Shown here: piece after piece, positions 9,180 to 19,721 of the stretch
Position numbering within the stretch: position 1 is the stretch's first letter
Layout: every line of letters begins with the position of its first letter
Assembly (NCBI GenBank): GCA_965230295.1
Contig: OZ246001.1
Span: 2,144,001-2,208,000, forward strand
DNA from: Marinicella sp.
GTDB lineage: Bacteria; Pseudomonadota; Gammaproteobacteria; Xanthomonadales; Marinicellaceae
Length of the DNA stretch: 64,000 bases
Direction of reading: 5' to 3'
Made by a program: the position numbers and the translations under genes
Notes under the pieces: generated by a model
The model's input: only the letters and a program-made list of their open reading frames with translations
What the model was told of the DNA's origin: nothing
Databases searched by the model: none

Positions 9180-10658
9180 TTACTTTGACATATAACGACT
9201 GAGGTGTCGGTCCATCTTGTTGTCTATAAAACCGCTTACATGAGTTTTCACCAGATGCCTGGAAACATAATGGTACAGTGGTATGACAGGAGTATTCAAA
9301 GCGATGATGTGTTCGGCCTTGTTGATTAACAGGGCCCTTTCAGATTGATCATGGCTCTGTCGCAACTGAGATAAGGTCTGATCGTATTCTGCGTCAACAA
9401 ATGCGTAGAAGTTAAAGTGAGATTGGCTGTGGAACAGTTCCAGGAAGTTCAAAGGGTCATGATAATCAGCTATCCAACCAGAACGGAAAACTTGTTTTTT
9501 CTGTCCCTTCCTGGTGTTAACAAACACTTTCCATTCTTGATTTCTTAACTGACTTCGGATGCCTAAATTCTGTCGCCACATGGCAGCCACTGCTAAGGCC
9601 ACTTTCTTTTGGTTATCGCTGTTGTTGTATAAAATTTCCAAACGATCGGTGGCCACGTTAAAAGCACTTTCTTGTAACAGTGATTGGGCAGCAGCGGGAT
9701 CAAACCCAGTATCAGAAGATCGGGAATCAGCAGCAGGTGGAATGATTTGGTTGGCAGGTACTTGTCCGGTTTTTAAAACTTTATCTACCAAAATACGGCG
9801 GTCAATGGCCTTACTGAGGGCCCTTCTCAGTTTTCCATCCCTGAGGTATTTGTTGTTTAAGTTCAAGCCCAAGAAAAAAGTTCCATAATAAGGAGAGATG
9901 CGTAATTCTTTGGCCAGGTGCTTCTGGAGCCATGTGATTTTGTTGTCAGGGATGGTTTCAGTGATGTCCAGTTCACCTGCGCGAAACTTCAACAATTCAC
10001 TGTTCTGATTTTCTGTGACCCAATAATTAACACCTTCAAGCAAAACCTCAGAGCTGGTATGAAAGTAAGGATTTTTAGCGAGTATAATGCGTTCTTGAAT
10101 GTCCCATTTTTGCAGATAAAAAGCGCCGTTGCTGACCAATGGCTGATCACTGTGTGTGGGTGTGGGGTAAAAGATCGGTAACACCAATTTATCTAACAGG
10201 CCAGCATCAGGTTGATTCAATTGAATTTTGATGTGGTGATCGTTATCACTGCTGACATTCAAAGTTCCCTGATTGATCAAGTTGTCAAACAACTGTCTAT
10301 ATGGCGCTGCGGTGGCAGGTGCCACAGCAACATGCCATGCACTGATGAAATCATTGGCAACGACAGGTTTTCCATCACTCCATTTGGCCTGTGGTTTTAA
10401 TTGAAAATCCCAAAGGGTATAGTTTTCACTGACCTGATGATCCATCGCCACCCCGTAAACCGGTCGCCCATAGGCATCCAGGGTCATCAGGCCTTCATAC
10501 ATGTCAAACAATACATTATGACTGTTCAACCCTTGTGCTTGATGTATGTTGAGGGAATCTGGTTCTGCGCCGTTGCCTCGATTGAGGTACGGGCCTGTCA
10601 ACTGGGTGGCAGTAAGGATCTCACACCACAGCAAACAGATCAGGATCATTGATTTCAT
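9180..10658 (-). CDS. oligopeptide ABC transporter substrate-binding protein (OppA/SBP family 5), orphan
   Basis: NGAEPDSL, YEGL, AKWSDGKPV.ANDF, VSNGAF, LR.ALS.AIDR, GWIADY.DP.NFL. No permease or ATPase genes adjacent. Confidence 0.9.
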   Translation of the reverse strand: MKSMILICLLWCEILTATQLTGPYLNRGNGAEPDSLNIHQAQGLNSHNVLFDMYEGLMTLDAYGRPVYGVAMDHQVSENYTLWDFQLKPQAKWSDGKPVVANDFISAWHVAVAPATAAPYRQLFDNLINQGTLNVSSDNDHHIKIQLNQPDAGLLDKLVLPIFYPTPTHSDQPLVSNGAFYLQKWDIQERIILAKNPYFHTSSEVLLEGVNYWVTENQNSELLKFRAGELDITETIPDNKITWLQKHLAKELRISPYYGTFFLGLNLNNKYLRDGKLRRALSKAIDRRILVDKVLKTGQVPANQIIPPAADSRSSDTGFDPAAAQSLLQESAFNVATDRLEILYNNSDNQKKVALAVAAMWRQNLGIRSQLRNQEWKVFVNTRKGQKKQVFRSGWIADYHDPLNFLELFHSQSHFNFYAFVDAEYDQTLSQLRQSHDQSERALLINKAEHIIALNTPVIPLYHYVSRHLVKTHVSGFIDNKMDRHLSRYMSK

Positions 10659-10732
10659 GCCTAGATTTAAGCATAACTGCAGCATTGATAACAATGTTTT
10701 GAATTTATTTTCTGCTGGTAAGTGACACAGTG

Positions 10733-10846
10733 GAGAGCTGATGATCAGCTCGACCAGCGCAGGTCATGAGAATTTGACGGCTTACCGTGGTCTCGGTCTC
10801 TGTTCCCGACTCGACCCTAACACCGCTGTCCATAGCGGCGGCTTTC
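10733..10846 (+). ncRNA. putative structured small RNA (possibly sX9-like)
   Basis: GC-rich island in an AT-rich intergenic region. 5' gagagctg pairs with 3' cggctttc via G-U wobbles on the + strand. Internal hairpins acgg-ctta-ccgt and ccgct-gtccat-agcgg. Followed by a T run. Confidence 0.55.
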
Positions 10847-10944
10847 ATTTTTGTTAAGAACATATAATGAATGAAGACCCAAAAGCATTCCTTTTTTGGT
10901 AAGATTCATACACTGCCTACGGAACCAGTTTTGACACATTATTC

Positions 10945-12303
10945 ATGACCATGAAAAACCAGACACCGATCAACAACAAACAAGATCTCATTGACTACAT
11001 TGCTGCCGGATGTAAACCCAAAGCTGAATGGAAAGTGGGCACTGAACATGAGAAATTTGGTTTCCACCGTGGCAACCTGGAACCCTTACATTATGATGAG
11101 CCTGGCGGGATCAGAGATATATTGACAGGCTTGGCAGATCAATTCAACTGGCAACCAGAATATGAAGGAGATGATGTCATTGCCTTGAAACGTGATGGTT
11201 GTTCGATCACTTTGGAACCCGGCGGACAACTGGAATTGTCAGGGGCTCCTTTGGCGGATGTTCACCAAACCTGTAGTGAAACGGGGTTACATTTAAAAGA
11301 AGTCAAAGCGGTGGCCGAGCCTATGGGCAGCGCATTCTTAGGTATGGGTTTCCACCCTAAAGCCACCCGTGAAGACATTTCTTACATGCCCAAAGGGCGT
11401 TATAAAATCATGAGTGAATACATGCCCAAAGTAGGAAAATTGGGTTTGGATATGATGAAAAGGACGTGTACCATCCAAGCAAACTTGGATTTTTCGTCGG
11501 AAGCAGACATGGTGAAGAAATTCAGGGTGTCTCTGGCCTTACAGCCAATAGCCACGGCTTTGTTTGCCAATTCACCATTCACTGATGGACAAGGCAATGG
11601 TTTTGTCAGCTACCGTTCACACATTTGGACCGATACCGATGATGATCGATGTGGCATCATCCCATTCGTATTTGAACCGTCAATGAGCTTTGAACGTTAT
11701 GTAGACTACATGTTGGATGTACCCATGTACTTTGTTTACCGTGATGGCAGGTACATCAATGCTGCCGGTTTGTCATTCCGCGATTTTATGCGCGGTGAAT
11801 TGTCGGTGGTGCCTGGTGAATTACCGACCATCAAAGATTGGGAAGATCATTTAACCACCGCATTCCCGGAAGTCCGATTGAAGAAATTTCTTGAAATGCG
11901 CGGCGCTGATGGTGGACCATGGCGTCGAATATGTGCTTTACCAGCTTTGTGGATAGGGCTTTTGTATGATCAGCAACAGTTGGATATTGCCAGTGACTGG
12001 GTCAGTGATTGGACTTTGGAAGAACATGAACATTTACGCAGCAGTGTGCCTAAATTGGGTTTAAACACCCCATTCAGAGGACACACCGTGCGAGAGTTGG
12101 CCTTAAAAATGCTGTCCATGTCACGACTTGGTTTAGAGAAGCGTGCCATCCGTTCTAGTTGTGGTAAAGATGAAAGCATCTATTTAGAGCCACTACAAAT
12201 CATCGCTGACACTGATGTAACGCCTGCAGAGCGAAAACTGGGCAAATACCACGGGGTGTGGAACAAAGACATCGATGAATTATTTCGTGTTTATGCCTAC
12301 TGA
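10945..12303 (+). CDS. gshA: glutamate-cysteine ligase, plant/alphaproteobacterial type (GCS2)
   Basis: [65 protein letters not shown]. Confidence 0.95.
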   Translation: MTMKNQTPINNKQDLIDYIAAGCKPKAEWKVGTEHEKFGFHRGNLEPLHYDEPGGIRDILTGLADQFNWQPEYEGDDVIALKRDGCSITLEPGGQLELSGAPLADVHQTCSETGLHLKEVKAVAEPMGSAFLGMGFHPKATREDISYMPKGRYKIMSEYMPKVGKLGLDMMKRTCTIQANLDFSSEADMVKKFRVSLALQPIATALFANSPFTDGQGNGFVSYRSHIWTDTDDDRCGIIPFVFEPSMSFERYVDYMLDVPMYFVYRDGRYINAAGLSFRDFMRGELSVVPGELPTIKDWEDHLTTAFPEVRLKKFLEMRGADGGPWRRICALPALWIGLLYDQQQLDIASDWVSDWTLEEHEHLRSSVPKLGLNTPFRGHTVRELALKMLSMSRLGLEKRAIRSSCGKDESIYLEPLQIIADTDVTPAERKLGKYHGVWNKDIDELFRVYAY

Positions 12304-12315
12304 TTGAATCAGTTC

Positions 12316-12349
12316 AAAAAAAAAGCCAGGCTAATGCCTGGCTTTTTTT
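12316..12349. terminator. bidirectional intrinsic terminator
   Basis: A run, gccagg-ctaatg-cctggc, T run, between convergent genes. Confidence 0.85.
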
Positions 12350-12361
12350 AACTAATGGTCA

Positions 12362-15300
12362 TCAATGTTCCCGAAGGAGTGTCATGATCTTGATGTTGTT
12401 ACGAAGCCATCGACCGCCTTCAGCACCTTGGTAGGTCACATCAATTGAGTTGGTGCCGTCGGTATCTAAATCCCGAAACGTATTAGATAGATTCAATGTC
12501 ATGTTGCCAGATGGAATCGTGGTTCTGTCAATCATCGGCTGGGTTCGGCCATAACCAAACACATCATTCATAGGAACAACGATGTCTTGTTCTTTGGCAA
12601 ACCCACCGGTGGCGCCAGTCGACCAACGAGGGTTGCCGAGGGCATCGTAGTAAAACAGGAATGCAATGATCACATCACCGGTTTGGGCCAGCGAGTAACC
12701 CCATCCGTTGTCTTCTATCCCTGCCCACCAGGCAGTACCAAAATCTGGTTCAGGTCTGGATGGGTTGTCAATCAAAGGTTCAATACACCATTCTTGAGTG
12801 ATGTTGTCTATTTTGAATGTTGCCAAAGCAACAAAGTCCAATTGACGTGAGGTGCCATCTTGACAAGCAGCGTGGTTGCGAACATCTTCGCTGTTAAAAT
12901 CAATACTCAGTCGACCATCTGTTAGTGTTGGATCTGGTACCAATGGATCTACCTGGGTTGGATCTACGTTGTAATTGTAGTTAAAACGACCCAAAGATTG
13001 CGCATTAAAATCAGGATTCAACACCCCGTTTGAAAGTGGTGTGAGTGAGGCATACCATTCAGGGTCTCCAGAATCGTCATAGGTATAAAACAAGGTGTAG
13101 AACAATTCATTCGCACCAAAGGCCTCAATGATGAATCCATGGCCATCATGGGCTGGGTCATACCACAGGCCTTTGAGCGGAACTTTGCTGTTGTTGTCAC
13201 TGATACAAGCATCGCAACTGACCTCATCATTGGTGAAAACATGGGTGATGGCAATGTCATCCAGCCAAAACCCTTCTTGAGCTGCTGAACCATCAGAGAT
13301 CATGCGGAAACGAATTTTGGCTGTTTTTCCCACATAGTCAGTACCCAGATCAACCGAGGTTTCACGCCAGGTCAGTTGGGTACCCGACCAGGCAAACTGT
13401 GCTTGGGCGGTGTTGTTGGTGTATAACTGTCCATCATAAGGTACGGTACTCAAGTAGCCAATATCGAACCAATTGTCGGTTCCTTTGAGCCGCATTTCGA
13501 GTACCAAGCCATCCCAACGTTGAAAGCTGTCTCCTTCGGTGTCATAGGACATGGCAAAGCTCAAGACATTGCCACCACGGTCAAATGTTAACCAAGGAGT
13601 GACCAGAGACTTGTCTGAATAGGAACTTTCGTCAGTGGTAAACCAACTGCTGGAACCAGAATTGAAACTGTCAGAAGCCTGGATCCATCCATCAGCACCC
13701 AATGCCAATTCGGTTGTCATGCGTGAATCCACATCTTCAGCACCATCTGAAAATGTACCATTGTTTGTGGTCAGATTGGCAGCGGTTAACAGCGGTATTT
13801 CAGTGTTGTATTCTCCTGCGATAGAATTGATGGTTACAGGAATGCTGATATTGGCCAAACAGCTGGCCTGGCTACTTAAACGGGTATCCACAGCAATGGA
13901 TTGGGTTGAGAATCCAGTCAGGTTAACAATCTGACTGGCACTTGGAATGTCAATAAAATTGGGTTCGTTAAAAGTTAAAGTCACGTTGCCTAAATCTTTG
14001 GCTGAGTTGTTTTTCACTTGAATGATCAACTGACCCGCTTCACCACGATCCAAAACATTGTCCAAGTCGCAACTGGAATTCGTGCCGATGAATTTCACCA
14101 ATGAAAGTTCAACCGGGTTTCTACTTGCTATATAGGTACCACGGCCATGGGTGCCAACATATAAGTTGTCGTTGTTCCATACCAGATCTATCACACGGGT
14201 CAAAGCTGGGCCATAGTCAAACTGTGTCCATTCAAACGTGTTGCCAGTGCGTGTACCTACCCAAAGGCCCAACTCGCTGCCCAAATACAAAGTGTTGGCA
14301 TCAGCGGGATCATTGATCACTTGATACAGCGGTATTGCAGGCAGGTTATTGGAAATACTGTCCCATGAGCTACCACCATCAGTTGATCGTAAAATGCGGT
14401 TGGTTGCATAGTCACCAAAAGTGGCATAGATGGTGTTGCCTGAAGTGTCGAACAGATCAACTTTTATGTCAGTCACCACAGCAGTTGGTGTTCCTAAACT
14501 GGTGGCAGGTGCAACATCAGTCACTTGATTGCTGCTACCCAATCCAGTGATTTTAATGATTTGATTGGTGCCTGCTGTGTTCGAATTACTCATGCCAGCA
14601 TAAGCAATGGTGCTTTGGTGTGGGTCGAATGCCAAGGCTGAGATACCTGTGCCATTGATGTTACCTGATACATCACTCCAGGTGGCACTTCCTAAGGACC
14701 GTGCGTTGTTGGTATAAAAAACATTGTCAGTTCCAACCAGCATGCGGTTACCATCGTTTTCATCCAACACAAACGGCTGAATGAAACGGGCACCATCAGT
14801 GTCTGGCAGATCCATGTTCTCGGTGGAAAAACCCCCATTGTTAGAACCATACATGGCACCATTGACGAATGATCCATAAACAAAATTGTCTTGCTGCTGG
14901 TCCCAGGCACTGTAGCCGCCATCTCCACCACGCCATTCCAGCCAGGCTTGCTCGTCACCAAAAAACAGTTGCGATCCGTTGTCCTGGGTTCCGGAAGTAA
15001 CCCGTTGACCATCCGGGCTGACAGCTATGCCATAGCTTTGAGAGATATTCAGTCCGTTGTTTAAACTGAAAAAGGAATCACCGCCATCTTCAGATTTTGA
15101 CACACCGCCATCGCTGACCACATAAAAATGATTGCTGTTGAAAGGACTGAAAAAATAACCATGGTGATCGGCATGGATGTATTGCGCCACATTATCAGCC
15201 AAACTGCCTAATGTCCACAGTGAGGTTTTATTGATGGTTGTTCCACCATTGGTGGTGGCATATTGATCAACGGCACCCATGATGACATGGTCCGAATCGT

Positions 15301-16870
15301 TTGGATTCACAGCAATGGCCAAGTCATACCAGCCCTGTCGCTCAATGAAGTTGGTGTTAGATGCAGTTTTTTCAAAAAAAGTGTTGTTGGTGCCAATGGA
15401 GCGATATAAGCCGAGGGTACCATTGGTGGTGCCGTTATCAAATTCTTCTGTGGGTTTTGAAACGGCAATGTAGGTTTTGCCGTCAGAACCAAAAGCGATT
15501 TCCATGCGATCAACATCCAGGTCGGGTAAGCCATGGTTATCTAAAGTGACCCATAAATCACCACCATTGGTCGAACGCATGATGAAGCGATCTAAGTTGA
15601 TTTCTTCAGTACCTTGAATGGTGATGTTAACCGGTGGCACGTCGATTCTTAAGAAATCGCCCAGGACTTTAGAGATCATCACTGATGGAATGTTGATGGC
15701 CGGATCGTCACCACCCATGCTGAACGGGTCATCCGAAGAATTCTGGAACACCACTACAGCAATGGCTCCTGCATTCTGAGCATTGACTACCTTGACAGTG
15801 AAATTACATGAACCCCGCTCAATCAAGGCAATTTTACCAGTGATGTCATTGGTGATGGCTTCGCAGCCATCACTTGTGGGGTTGGTGCCATCATCGACCA
15901 GTAACAATTCACCGCTGATTCCAGCACCCGGGATACTGGGACCAAATTGAGCCGGAATTGAGGCATAAGTTCCGGAGACTGTTGACGGTGGAGAAACATT
16001 GAAGTTGAAAGATACGCTGTTGGCTTCACCATAATAATAAGCCAACATGTGATTGGGGTCGGTCGGGTCAATTTTTAAATCAGTGAATCCACGGTCATTG
16101 TCATCCACATCCACACCAGACACCTCATTCCATAGTTCTCCGCCATCATTGCTTTTGAATAGGCCTTTACTGGTGGCAGCTAAAATCACATTGCTGTTGG
16201 GTATTTTTGCCAGGCGATTAACGAAATCAAAGTTGGTTTGGTTGGTGGAGCCAAAACGATCCCAGGTTTCACCAAAATCTTCCGTGACAAATATGCCATT
16301 CCCCTGGGCAGCATCAAAGTTAAAAAAACCTTCACCGGTGCCGACATAGACAACCTCTGGGTTGTCTGGGTCAATCAGCATGCTACCGATGGCGATGCTG
16401 GCCAAAAAGTCAGTTTTAGGCTGCCAGGTTTTACCATCATCTGTTGATTTCCAAACACCGCCTGATACACCACCAGCCAGCAAATGTCCTTCACGCTCCG
16501 GGTGCATCACAAAACCCCTGATGCGACCACCAAAAATGCCTGGACCAATTTCATCAAATTGTAAAGCCGGTAAATCTTGATTGGCACGCACTGCCTTGTT
16601 GGCTTTGGCTTTTTCCAATTCATTCAAATAAGATAAATTCAATTGGGCAGGGGATGTGCCTTTAGGTGCCCGACGCATGGATGCCAACCATTCGGCGGCT
16701 TTGTCTGGCTGGTCATATTTTTTGGGTGTTTTAGCGCCTTTTTGAATGTTTTTACTGATGATGGTTTGTTGGTGTAAAGCATCAGTGGTAAGGGGTTGAA
16801 TGTATTTTTGGTTCAGAACCACGATGGCTATGAAAACCAACATCACGATCAAAGATTTGATGAGTTGCAT
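12362..16870 (-). CDS. large exported BNR/Asp-box beta-propeller protein with an inserted PA domain, a jelly-roll (MAM/immune-inhibitor-A-like) domain and a C-terminal GLWYDP-type repeat domain
   Basis: Many S.DGG.TW Asp-boxes. PA motif (GKIALIERGSCNFTVKVVNAQNAGAIAVVV). DG...E...W / KIRFRMISDG...EGFWLDDIAI jelly-roll. Two GLWYDP..DGHGF / YYD..GNPRW repeats at the C-terminus. Confidence 0.8.
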   Translation of the reverse strand: MQLIKSLIVMLVFIAIVVLNQKYIQPLTTDALHQQTIISKNIQKGAKTPKKYDQPDKAAEWLASMRRAPKGTSPAQLNLSYLNELEKAKANKAVRANQDLPALQFDEIGPGIFGGRIRGFVMHPEREGHLLAGGVSGGVWKSTDDGKTWQPKTDFLASIAIGSMLIDPDNPEVVYVGTGEGFFNFDAAQGNGIFVTEDFGETWDRFGSTNQTNFDFVNRLAKIPNSNVILAATSKGLFKSNDGGELWNEVSGVDVDDNDRGFTDLKIDPTDPNHMLAYYYGEANSVSFNFNVSPPSTVSGTYASIPAQFGPSIPGAGISGELLLVDDGTNPTSDGCEAITNDITGKIALIERGSCNFTVKVVNAQNAGAIAVVVFQNSSDDPFSMGGDDPAINIPSVMISKVLGDFLRIDVPPVNITIQGTEEINLDRFIMRSTNGGDLWVTLDNHGLPDLDVDRMEIAFGSDGKTYIAVSKPTEEFDNGTTNGTLGLYRSIGTNNTFFEKTASNTNFIERQGWYDLAIAVNPNDSDHVIMGAVDQYATTNGGTTINKTSLWTLGSLADNVAQYIHADHHGYFFSPFNSNHFYVVSDGGVSKSEDGGDSFFSLNNGLNISQSYGIAVSPDGQRVTSGTQDNGSQLFFGDEQAWLEWRGGDGGYSAWDQQQDNFVYGSFVNGAMYGSNNGGFSTENMDLPDTDGARFIQPFVLDENDGNRMLVGTDNVFYTNNARSLGSATWSDVSGNINGTGISALAFDPHQSTIAYAGMSNSNTAGTNQIIKITGLGSSNQVTDVAPATSLGTPTAVVTDIKVDLFDTSGNTIYATFGDYATNRILRSTDGGSSWDSISNNLPAIPLYQVINDPADANTLYLGSELGLWVGTRTGNTFEWTQFDYGPALTRVIDLVWNNDNLYVGTHGRGTYIASRNPVELSLVKFIGTNSSCDLDNVLDRGEAGQLIIQVKNNSAKDLGNVTLTFNEPNFIDIPSASQIVNLTGFSTQSIAVDTRLSSQASCLANISIPVTINSIAGEYNTEIPLLTAANLTTNNGTFSDGAEDVDSRMTTELALGADGWIQASDSFNSGSSSWFTTDESSYSDKSLVTPWLTFDRGGNVLSFAMSYDTEGDSFQRWDGLVLEMRLKGTDNWFDIGYLSTVPYDGQLYTNNTAQAQFAWSGTQLTWRETSVDLGTDYVGKTAKIRFRMISDGSAAQEGFWLDDIAITHVFTNDEVSCDACISDNNSKVPLKGLWYDPAHDGHGFIIEAFGANELFYTLFYTYDDSGDPEWYASLTPLSNGVLNPDFNAQSLGRFNYNYNVDPTQVDPLVPDPTLTDGRLSIDFNSEDVRNHAACQDGTSRQLDFVALATFKIDNITQEWCIEPLIDNPSRPEPDFGTAWWAGIEDNGWGYSLAQTGDVIIAFLFYYDALGNPRWSTGATGGFAKEQDIVVPMNDVFGYGRTQPMIDRTTIPSGNMTLNLSNTFRDLDTDGTNSIDVTYQGAEGGRWLRNNIKIMTLLREH

Positions 16871-16906
16871 GATTAATTGATGATTTGGAAAGCTAAAAAT
16901 TTTAGC

Positions 16907-16943
16907 AAAAAAAAAGCGGCTTGGATATGAATCAAGCCGCTTT
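16907..16943 (-). terminator. intrinsic terminator after nhaB
   Basis: aaagcggcttg...caagccgcttt with a long A run on + (U tail on -). Confidence 0.8.
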
Positions 16944-16963
16944 AGCTACGAAAGTAACAGTCT

Positions 16964-18436
16964 TTATTGGAATATATAACCCACGATGGTTAACACCACG
17001 GTATAAGGTAAAGCCATATACACCATCCTCATGTAACCCAGACGGATGGCTGGTGCCAATGCTGAAGTCAACAAGAACAAGAATGCGGCTTGCCCGTTAG
17101 GGGTGGCCACACTGGGTAGGTTGGTACCCGTGTTGATTGAAACTGCCAATGCATCAAAATGTTCCCGGCTGATGTTCCCGGCATCAAATTGGGCTTTGAC
17201 TTCGTTGATGTATACGGTTGCCACAAAGACGTTATCACTGATGGCTGACAAGATTCCATTGGCCAGGAAGAAAGCTTTGGGTTGTTGTTCAATGGGAAGG
17301 GCCAACACCCATTCAATAACGGGCGTGAATAAATGTAAGTCATGAATCATGCCAACAATCACAAAGAAAATACACAGTAACGAAACGAAAGGTAATGACT
17401 CTTCAAATGCGTGTCCGATGCGGTGTTCTTCATTGATGCCGGTAAAGGCTGTCACCAACACCAACAACATCAAGCCGATCAATCCGGGTTGCATGATGTG
17501 TAAAGCCAAGGCGGCAATTAACAGCAAGCCACTGACCGCCTGAACGATCAAAGCATAGGTTTCTTTTTTGCTACGTTTGGCGTCTTCTTCATGCAAGTAG
17601 TTTTCTAAAATCTTGCGTACGCCGGGATCCAGTTGCCCGCCAAATCCGAACTTTTTGGTGACCTCTAGAACAATCACAGTTAATAAACCGGCGATGACAG
17701 CTGGGAAGGTGACATGTGCCATTTCAGCAGCAAATTGAAGAAAATTCCATCCCATTTTTTCACTGATCAACAGGTTCTGTGGTTCGCCAACTTGAGTACA
17801 TACACCACCCAATGCAGTACCTACAGCACCATGCATCACCAATGAGCGAAGGAAAGCACGAAATTCTTCAAGGGTATCGCCACCCATCTGTTCACGGTCT
17901 TTGATTGCATTGTCATCGTAATCAATATTCAAGGTGGAATGAACCTTTTCATAAACACCATACAGTGCGACAAATACAGTGATCAACACTGCCATCACTG
18001 TCAGGGCGTCTAGGAAGGCAGACAGTACAGCCGCAGAAACGGAGAACATCAATGACAACACAATTTTATTTTTTACTTTAAGCAGAATCTTACCGAAGAT
18101 AAAGATCAGCAGCGGTTGCATGAAGTAAATAAAACTCACCATAAACACCAACAGCATGATAACGCCAAGATTGGTTTGAATTTCATACCACACTGTTTCC
18201 GGACTGGTCAGCCCTAAAGCCAATGCCGCAATGGCCAACAAGCCACCTGATTGCAGGGGGTAGCATTTCAATGCCAGTGCCAGCGTCATGATAAACATGG
18301 CGATAAAAGCCCAACCCATGATGGTCTCTCCCAACAACAGGGTCAATGGGTAACAGGCCAGTAAGAAAGCGATGATGGCGTTTTTAAACCACCTTGGGCT
18401 GTTGCCTAAAAATTCAGCATAAAAGGTATTCAGCAT
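16964..18436 (-). CDS. nhaB: Na+/H+ antiporter NhaB
   Basis: FLGNSP.W, ALKCYPLQ.GGLL, LSAFLDALTV, GGVCTQVGEPQNL, SDNVFVATVYI, INTGTNLPSVATPNGQAAFLFLLTS. Confidence 0.96.
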   Translation of the reverse strand: MLNTFYAEFLGNSPRWFKNAIIAFLLACYPLTLLLGETIMGWAFIAMFIMTLALALKCYPLQSGGLLAIAALALGLTSPETVWYEIQTNLGVIMLLVFMVSFIYFMQPLLIFIFGKILLKVKNKIVLSLMFSVSAAVLSAFLDALTVMAVLITVFVALYGVYEKVHSTLNIDYDDNAIKDREQMGGDTLEEFRAFLRSLVMHGAVGTALGGVCTQVGEPQNLLISEKMGWNFLQFAAEMAHVTFPAVIAGLLTVIVLEVTKKFGFGGQLDPGVRKILENYLHEEDAKRSKKETYALIVQAVSGLLLIAALALHIMQPGLIGLMLLVLVTAFTGINEEHRIGHAFEESLPFVSLLCIFFVIVGMIHDLHLFTPVIEWVLALPIEQQPKAFFLANGILSAISDNVFVATVYINEVKAQFDAGNISREHFDALAVSINTGTNLPSVATPNGQAAFLFLLTSALAPAIRLGYMRMVYMALPYTVVLTIVGYIFQ

Positions 18437-18716
18437 GATTGCTCCAAAAATATCATATGATAGAGATGTTTAAACCCAGCGGCTTAAACAAACCAACCGC
18501 CATCCATGTACTTATAGGATTTTGGTAAAAACAAAGCCCTGCATTTTAGCATGAGAATAACAAAATCATACCCATGTTGAAACGAAAATTTAACCCCAAA
18601 TGCCCATGATACGTACTTATTATTGCGATTTTTTGGTGATTTCTCCAAAGCTGTATCAAAGGATAATGCTTCACATCAATAGACAGTTGTTCAAACCGTT
18701 GGGTTAAAATAGCCAA

Positions 18717-19721
18717 ATGCGTTCTGTTGTAGACTTTATTCCTGGCATTTTATGGGTTGGCTTGCTGGCATTTTTGGCAGTATTATTGGCCGGTTATTTT
18801 AAATTCAGTGAGACTTTGGTGGCCATTTTATTGGGCTTTGTCTTAGGGAATGTATGGCGTCAGCCTGAATCGATGGTCCCCGGTATTCATTGGTCGGAAT
18901 GTCAGGGCTTGTCCATTGCCGTGGCGTTATTGGGGGTGCAATTGAATGCCAACATTTTGACTCAAATCAATGGAGCCACATTGGTGTTTATAGCAGTGGC
19001 CATGTTGTTCACTTTTGTAGTTACTGTGTTGTTGGCCAAATGGTGGCGGATACAAGGCAATCAGGCTTGTTTGTTGGCCAGTGGTCAGGCCATATGTGGT
19101 TCAGCGGCAGTGATGGCAACCCAAAACATTGTAAAAGCACCGGCTGCCCAAGTCGGTATGACAGTCGGTTTGGTTAATTTTCTGGGTTTTTTGGGGATCT
19201 TTATCACGACTTGGATGGCCACATATTTTGACTTCAATACAGCCGTAGACTCTGGGTTGTTGATCGGGAATACATTGCAATCTATGGGGCATGTGGTAGC
19301 TGCTGGGTTCAGCATCAGTGATGAAGCGGGTCATGCAGCGGTGTTGGTAAAAATGTGCCGCATTTTGTTTTTGGTGCCGGTGCTGTTGATACTGATAGTC
19401 ACGATGAATCCTCGAAAAAAGTCAGGAATTAAGACGGGCCACGATGGACAAGACCAAATCCACTGGTTGAAACTGGTTCCATTGTTTATCTGGGTGTTCT
19501 TATTGCTCAGTTTTTTGTCCAGCATGGGTTGGGTGCCCAACGCTTTACAAGCCCAAATAAATCTGGTCAGTGATGCCATGTTTGTGATGGCTATGGTGGC
19601 CATTGGTTTGAACATCAGTATCAATGAAATCAGACGACAAGGTCGTCAATTATTGTTGCTGGGTGGGGTGGTGTTTATTTTACAACTTGGATTTACGACC
19701 GTTTACTTATTTAACTTCTAA
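18717..19721 (+). CDS. YeiH/UPF0324 family membrane protein (putative sulfate exporter)
   Basis: About 10 TM segments, AICGSAAVMA, HVVAAG, AVLVKMCRILFL.P. Confidence 0.85.
   Translation: MRSVVDFIPGILWVGLLAFLAVLLAGYFKFSETLVAILLGFVLGNVWRQPESMVPGIHWSECQGLSIAVALLGVQLNANILTQINGATLVFIAVAMLFTFVVTVLLAKWWRIQGNQACLLASGQAICGSAAVMATQNIVKAPAAQVGMTVGLVNFLGFLGIFITTWMATYFDFNTAVDSGLLIGNTLQSMGHVVAAGFSISDEAGHAAVLVKMCRILFLVPVLLILIVTMNPRKKSGIKTGHDGQDQIHWLKLVPLFIWVFLLLSFLSSMGWVPNALQAQINLVSDAMFVMAMVAIGLNISINEIRRQGRQLLLLGGVVFILQLGFTTVYLFNF

Noticed and set aside
10733-10846. tRNA, SRP RNA, 6S RNA or a known riboswitch
   Set aside because: No cloverleaf with GTTCRA, no SRP GGAAG/AGCAG loop, too short for 6S, and no aptamer core I recognise; retained only as an unassigned sRNA candidate.
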